From contig CP010514.1 in NCBI GenBank assembly GCA_001552015.1, positions 420,001 through 452,000 on the forward strand: 32,000 nucleotides of DNA. The letters are read 5' to 3'. Shown here piece after piece: positions 26,797 to 32,000 of the stretch. Each line of letters starts with the position of its first letter. The first letter of the stretch is position 1. The DNA comes from Candidatus Nanopusillus acidilobi. GTDB taxonomy: Archaea > Nanobdellota > Nanobdellia > Nanobdellales > Nanobdellaceae. A program made the position numbers and the translations under genes. The notes beneath the pieces are model-generated. The model was not told the DNA's origin and searched no databases. It worked only from the letters and a program-made list of their open reading frames with translations.

Positions 26797-28230
26797 TTAA
26801 TTTTTACTCATCTTTTCTAATTTTTTCATAAAATTAATAAGAATCCACTTATAATATGTACTTTCATGTGAAAAATAATTACACCAAGCCCCAATTTTTC
26901 CTATATTATCTTTAATACTGAATAATCTGTATGCAAGAACCTGTGATAAATAACTTGATTTATCAAATTTATTTATTTCTTCAATAGCATCTAATATTTT
27001 TTTAATTAATCTTCTTTTCTTTCCATATTTTTTAACTATATGGTCCAAAAGTTTTATCAGATAATCCAAAGTTAAACTTACTTTACTTATTATGTCTTTA
27101 TATATTTCTTCCAATATTTTAGAATCAGTTATAAGTTCATAAGGATCTCTTTTATCTAATTCTTTTTCTAAATATTCTAAATCTTTTTCAGAATTTATTA
27201 ATCTATATAATCTAAAAGAAACAAATTGAGGATAATATTTTAATATATTTGGATATTTCGTAAATAAATCTTTTCCCATTAAATTTATAACATTATATAA
27301 TCTATCATAATCTATAAAATTATACTTTTTGTTATTTGTATGAATTATTATATATCTAACAATTCTTCCTCCTTTATTTATTAACTGATTAAATATTTCT
27401 AATTTTATTTCTTGATTTATTTTATCATTAAAATATATATTTTCAAAGTATTTTGTTAGAATAAATAAGAGATCTTTTGCTTCTATTTTTTCAAAGTTTA
27501 CATTATCTATAAGATCAATAATTGAAGGATCTCTAGCAACTTGATTTAAAAACAATATTAAATCTTCTTCATTTTGTACCTTATAATATAAACCATTAGA
27601 AGAAAATATATTTAATAATTTTGAAAATTTTTCCTTTGGAATTTTATCTTTTAATTTTCTTATAAGATATGGTCTTTCGCTAAAACTTCCAATAACTTTT
27701 ATTATAAAATCTTTTGATGTTTTAATATCTATATCTTTATCAACAATTAAATTTAAACTCTCAGATAAAGCTTCATATATAAAAATTTTTAGTTTATATT
27801 TCTCATTTATTAAATATTCTAATATTTCTAATAAAACATTTATTCTTTCATCGTCCAAATTTTCTATGTTTTTTCCAATAGTTTCTATTATAAATTTTGT
27901 AGATATTTGAAATATTTTTTCATATTTTATTAACATACTTATCAAATCTTCCAAAACTTTTCCACCAAATCTTTCTTTAATTAAATAAATATAAGTTATG
28001 AATTCTTTTGGAATATATAAAATAGTTTTTACTTTAATCAATTCTTGAAAATATTCAATTAACTTATCATTATTAATTACTTCTTCAACAGCTTTTTCGC
28101 CTTTTAATTTTATTAAATAATCTATATTTTCTTGAACAATTTCTTTCATTTTTTCTATATCTAAATTATCATAAATTTCTAGATATTCGATTTTTGCTAT
28201 TCTACCTAAAAATTCTTCATAATATTTCAT
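26797..28230 (-). CDS. Large all-helical hypothetical protein (477 aa), possibly alpha-solenoid repeats
   Basis: Single long intact ORF; repeated predicted amphipathic helices (e.g. KLKDKIPKEKFSKLLNIF, LILFLNQVARDPSIIDLIDNV); no catalytic motif seen. Confidence 0.65.
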   Translation of the reverse strand: MKYYEEFLGRIAKIEYLEIYDNLDIEKMKEIVQENIDYLIKLKGEKAVEEVINNDKLIEYFQELIKVKTILYIPKEFITYIYLIKERFGGKVLEDLISMLIKYEKIFQISTKFIIETIGKNIENLDDERINVLLEILEYLINEKYKLKIFIYEALSESLNLIVDKDIDIKTSKDFIIKVIGSFSERPYLIRKLKDKIPKEKFSKLLNIFSSNGLYYKVQNEEDLILFLNQVARDPSIIDLIDNVNFEKIEAKDLLFILTKYFENIYFNDKINQEIKLEIFNQLINKGGRIVRYIIIHTNNKKYNFIDYDRLYNVINLMGKDLFTKYPNILKYYPQFVSFRLYRLINSEKDLEYLEKELDKRDPYELITDSKILEEIYKDIISKVSLTLDYLIKLLDHIVKKYGKKRRLIKKILDAIEEINKFDKSSYLSQVLAYRLFSIKDNIGKIGAWCNYFSHESTYYKWILINFMKKLEKMSKN

Positions 28231-28483
28231 AATACTAATATTTAATTTTTAAATTTTAATCTTTTTATTATGTATTCATCAAGAATTTAAAGACAGAGAA
28301 TTTACAACAAACAATAAATAATATTTTATATTTTATTTATCTTTAAATCAATATATTATAAGTATAAATGGTTTGCTTATTTATTCTATTATTGAATAGT
28401 TGAGATTGTTTTGCAAATGATATTCATTAAAATAAGGTAGAACTTAAGCTCTTCAATAGTTTACATTAATTTTTATGAAAATC

Positions 28484-28492
28484 TTTATAAAT
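28484..28492 (+). promoter_or_regulatory. Putative TATA box (TTTATAAAT) for vapBC
   Basis: Begins 30 nt upstream of the antitoxin ATG at 28514. Confidence 0.55.
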
Positions 28493-28513
28493 GTTTACAA
28501 TTAATAAACAATT

Positions 28514-28738
28514 ATGTCTACAGTCATTAGCGTCAGGATAAATGAAGAAATAAAAGAAGAATTGGAAAAGCATGGAATAGATATTAGTCAAGAAATAAGA
28601 AAATTTTTAGAAGAACTTTATATAAAGGTCAAGGCTAAAGAATATGTAAAGAAATGGGTTGAAGAATTAAAAGATATTAAACCTAGCGAAAAAGGTTTCT
28701 CTACAAAGTCAGTGAGAGAGGACCGTGAGAGTCATTGA
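28514..28738 (+). CDS. vapB: VapB-family antitoxin (RHH-like DNA-binding)
   Basis: MSTVISVRINEEIKEELEKHGIDISQEIRKFLEELY...; overlaps the downstream PIN gene by 14 nt. Confidence 0.85.
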   Translation: MSTVISVRINEEIKEELEKHGIDISQEIRKFLEELYIKVKAKEYVKKWVEELKDIKPSEKGFSTKSVREDRESH

Positions 28739-29120
28739 TTCATCTTCCCTAGTAAAATTTTTCTCTAAAGAGGAAGGTTGGGAAAAAGTAGCTCAAATAA
28801 TAGAAGAAGGAGTTATAACTCTAGATCTATCAATAAAAGAAGTTGCTAATGCTTTATGGAAAAAGATTCTTATGGGAGAAATGAATGAGGACATCGCAAT
28901 TAAAATACTTTACGACTTATTAAAACGCGAAGCCATAATAATTGTAAACCAAGACGAATACCTGATTGAAGCATTTAAAATCGCTAATAGAAATAAAATA
29001 ACTATTTACGACTCCTTGTTCATTGCATTAGCTAAATCAATGAATCTTGAGTTAGTAACATCTGATATAAAACAATATGAAATTGCAAAAAATGAAGGAG
29101 TAAATGCTCAGTTGATATAA
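28725..29120 (+). CDS. vapC: VapC-family PIN-domain ribonuclease toxin
   Basis: VIDSSSLVKFFSKEEGW, DLSIKEVANALWKK, ITIYDSLFIALAKSMNLELVTSD: PIN acidic residues conserved. Confidence 0.92.
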   Translation: MRVIDSSSLVKFFSKEEGWEKVAQIIEEGVITLDLSIKEVANALWKKILMGEMNEDIAIKILYDLLKREAIIIVNQDEYLIEAFKIANRNKITIYDSLFIALAKSMNLELVTSDIKQYEIAKNEGVNAQLI

Positions 29121-29265
29121 GAAAACATCGGATACAACTAAAATTTTACTACATTAACTAAAATTCTAATGTTATTATATTAATAAAAATTTAGGCAAAT
29201 GAAAATAATGAAATGAGTTCTCTAATGTATTAAATGTATTCTATTAAAACTATGAAGAAGAATCA

Positions 29266-30908
29266 TTATCTAACAAGCACACGAGACCAAGGAGAAGGTA
29301 ATCCTTGCTTTTTACTATATGCAGCATTTAATAGTGCAACAAATAATGGGTGTGGGTGTAATGGCCTACTTCTAAACTCTGGATGGAATTGTGTAGCTAC
29401 AAAGAAATAATGGCTTGGTAACTCTATCATTTCTACTCTTGGAACATCAGATCTCCAAGCTGAGAAAACAAGGCCCTTTTCAGTTAGTATATTAAAGAAC
29501 TTAGGATTTACTTCATACCTATGTCTATGTCTTTCTACTATTTCAATTGTTCCATAGATTGCATGAGCTATTGTGCCTTCAACAATATTAATCTTCCTAT
29601 TACCAAGTATCATTGTACCACCAAGCTCCTTAATATCTTTCTCTTCTGGTGTTATATCAATTACTGGATATGGAGTGTTTGGGTCAACTTCTGTTGTATG
29701 AGCACCTTTAAGATTAGCAACATTTCTTGCAAACTCAACTATAGCTAATTGCATTCCATAGCATATTCCAAGAAATGGTATATTATTCTCGCGAACATAT
29801 CTAATAGCCTCTATTTTACCTTCAACACCTCTAGCTCCAAAACCTGGTAATACAATAACAGCATCAGCATTATCTAATTCCTTAATCTTTGAGGGATCCT
29901 TTTCAATCTCCTCTGTATCGCACCAAATAATATTTGGCTTAATCTTTAACTTGGCAGCAGCATGCTTTATGGCCTCAACAATACTTATATAAGAATCATG
30001 AAGTTTTACATACTTACCACACATGTATATATTAACTTCATCATTACTATTCTCAAGAGAGTTTACAAAATTTACCCAATCATCTAGTTTAGGCTCCCTA
30101 GGTTTCTAATCCCAATTTTGTTACTAAATATTTTCCAAGACCTTGTTCTTCTAAGATGAGTGGCACTTTATAGATTGTATCTACATCAGGTGATGTAAAT
30201 ACAGCATTAACTGGTACATTTGTAAATAAAGATATTTTCCTTCTTGTTGATTCATCAAGAATCTTTGGTGCCCTTGCAATTATTATATCAGGTTGAATAC
30301 CAACTCTTCTAAGCTCAGCAACACTATGCTGCAATGGTTTTGTTTTAAGTTCACCTGTTGTTGATAGCAAAGGAACTAAAGCAACATGAACAAACAATAC
30401 ATCATTGGGCATCTCGAGCTTCATTTGTCTTGCAGCTTCAAGGAATGGTAATCCTTCATAATCACCAACAGTACCTCCAATCTCAATTAAAATTATATCT
30501 GGTTTTTCGCGTTTTCGTTACCAACATTATTCTTCTCTTTATTTCTTCAGTAACATGAGGTATTAATTGAACTGTTTGACCTAAGTATTCTCCTTTACGC
30601 TCCCTTCGAATTACTTTATAATAAACATGACCACTAGTTATATTATGATATTTAGGAATCTCAACATCAAGAAATCTTTCATAATGTCCTAAATCTAAAT
30701 CTGTTTCACCGCCATCAAAAGTTACAAACACCTCACCATGCTGGAATGGGTTCATTGTACCAGCATCCACATTTAAATATGGATCTATTTTAACTGCTGT
30801 TACATTATAACCTCGAGCTTGAAGTATTTTGCCAATAGAAGATGTTGTTATACCCTTACCCAACCCAGACAACACACCTCCCGTAATAAATATATATTTG
30901 GTCCTCAT
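29266..30908 (-). pseudogene. pyrG: CTP synthase, interrupted by two apparent frameshifts (or carrying assembly errors)
   Basis: Three collinear minus-strand pieces: 30908-30483 ([19 protein letters not shown]...[41 protein letters not shown]), middle ([30 protein letters not shown]...[20 protein letters not shown]...LVTKLGLET*), and C-terminal GATase (EPKLDDWVNFVNSL...LPGFGARGVEGK...FLGICYGMQ...HRHRYEVNPKF...FFVATQFHPEF). Frame changes near 30503-30527 and at TAG 30098-30100. Confidence 0.93.
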
Positions 30909-31117
30909 TAAGATAGTATTTAATTAAGTTTAATAAGCCTTGACTACTAGATATTACAATACTTTTTTAACAGCACAAAGCTATTACTCGACAATTGTCA
31001 CTAACTCTTTATAAACCTCCCACAAATTTATGCCTTAAATCAATCCAAATCAAAACATTATTTTATAAATTTTGAGAAGTTAGATATTTTTAAAACTTAC
31101 TACTACCATATGGCAAT

Positions 31118-31531
31118 ATGGACAATAAATATTCATATAACATTTTAAAAAAGTTTTTAGATGGTATATTAATTAAAAGCAATGAAAATGAAATTAATAG
31201 AGAGCCTATTGAAAATATAATGTATATAATATCTACTATCATAAGAGATAGGACCTTAAATTGTATTGATCAGAATACAAACACAGGATCTTCAACAAAA
31301 GACTCCATAGAATACTGCATTGGTAAATATAATACAATAAGAAATATTACAAAATGTTATTTAAAGAGTGAATATAAATTAGAAGATTGCATCGATATAT
31401 ATACTCCTGAATTACCTAAAGGTATTGATCGAGATATCATTAAACATACAGTTATAAGCATATTAGATAAAACAAACAAAGTAATCAGAGAATATATGGC
31501 ATGGGAATATGAAGATTATTCTTTAGAATAA
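31118..31531 (+). CDS. Hypothetical protein (137 aa)
   Basis: Complete ORF ending ...KVIREYMAWEYEDYSLE; family not recognised. Confidence 0.5.
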   Translation: MDNKYSYNILKKFLDGILIKSNENEINREPIENIMYIISTIIRDRTLNCIDQNTNTGSSTKDSIEYCIGKYNTIRNITKCYLKSEYKLEDCIDIYTPELPKGIDRDIIKHTVISILDKTNKVIREYMAWEYEDYSLE

Positions 31532-31708
31532 TATCGATGTTAACTTTATATCTAAGGCCATATTTAATGTCGCATAACCAAGATTATCCGACATTTTTAT
31601 GCATATCATATGTAATGTCTAAAATTTGATATAATTGTATAATAAGTTAACCTTGGTTATACTATAAAATTTTTTATAGAAAAATATTTTCCTTATATAA
31701 TCGAAAAA

Positions 31709-32000
31709 CTAAAATCTTTTAACAATTTCTTCTAATTTTTCAAAGAAGAAATCAATTTCTTCTTTTGTATTATAAATATACAATGAAGCCCTAATAGATC
31801 CTTTATACTTATATAGATCCAAATGTCTAAATAATATGTAACAACAATGATATCCAGTTCTAACAGTAATATTATAAGAATCTAACATTTTTCCAATTAT
31901 ATGAGGATTTATTTTAAATAATAATGAAAATATTGCTTCTCTATCTTTATAATCTTTTAATCCCATTAATATTACATCTTTATATTTATTTGAAAATTCT
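31709..32000 (-). CDS. C-terminal fragment of a SufS/CsdA-like cysteine desulfurase (runs off window edge)
   Basis: NPHIIGKMLDSYNITVRTGYHCCYILFRHL...GSIRASLYIYNTKEEIDFFFEKLEEI matches the SufS C-terminal region; frame open to the edge. Confidence 0.85.
   Translation of the reverse strand, partial: EFSNKYKDVILMGLKDYKDREAIFSLLFKINPHIIGKMLDSYNITVRTGYHCCYILFRHLDLYKYKGSIRASLYIYNTKEEIDFFFEKLEEIVKRF

Noticed and set aside
29521-29748. Plus-strand 75-aa ORF within the pyrG C-terminal domain (also 30358-30558)
   Set aside because: Antisense to clearly conserved CTP synthase sequence; no independent signal.
31662-31679. Palindrome CTATAAAA-TT-TTTTATAG between convergent genes
   Set aside because: The arms are only A/T-rich 8-mers and are expected by chance in this composition; no T-run or GC stem supports a terminator.

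Overview
AT-rich archaeal chromosomal window with densely packed genes, many overlapping by a few bp. Archaeal markers include ribosomal protein S3Ae, RNA polymerase subunit D, DUF763, a COG1750-like Lon-family protease, archaeal-type ValS/LeuS and a SAMP/MoaD-like protein. Lineage cannot be fixed from this window; extreme AT richness and compactness would fit a DPANN/Nanoarchaeota-like genome (inference). Other supported content: three tRNA genes (Val-UAC, Gly-GCC, Ser-GCU); protein disulfide oxidoreductase and thioredoxin reductase; a P-type ATPase; a GT2 glycosyltransferase; TIM; an RlmI-like methyltransferase; phosphoglucose/phosphomannose isomerase; an isochorismatase-fold protein; a GNAT; an ABC-2 exporter pair; a VapBC pair; and a 3' end fragment of a SufS-like cysteine desulfurase. 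Most notable observations: (1) three housekeeping genes (valS, rnz, pyrG) are broken by four frame changes, all equivalent to +1, two of them exactly at a TAG codon; (2) an uncharacterised predicted PD-(D/E)XK (RecB/Cas4-like) nuclease overlaps a secreted Lon-like protease and an rRNA methyltransferase gene; (3) a Q/N/G/F-rich low-complexity protein carries repeated NQSQQPVFGTQGFG units and a coiled-coil tail, next to tRNA-Gly; (4) a TTTATAAA box recurs about 29-33 nt upstream of start codons, suggesting leaderless transcription; (5) a 477-aa all-helical orphan lies in a more accessory region (about 23.2-31 kb). No CRISPR array, rRNA gene or transposase was seen.
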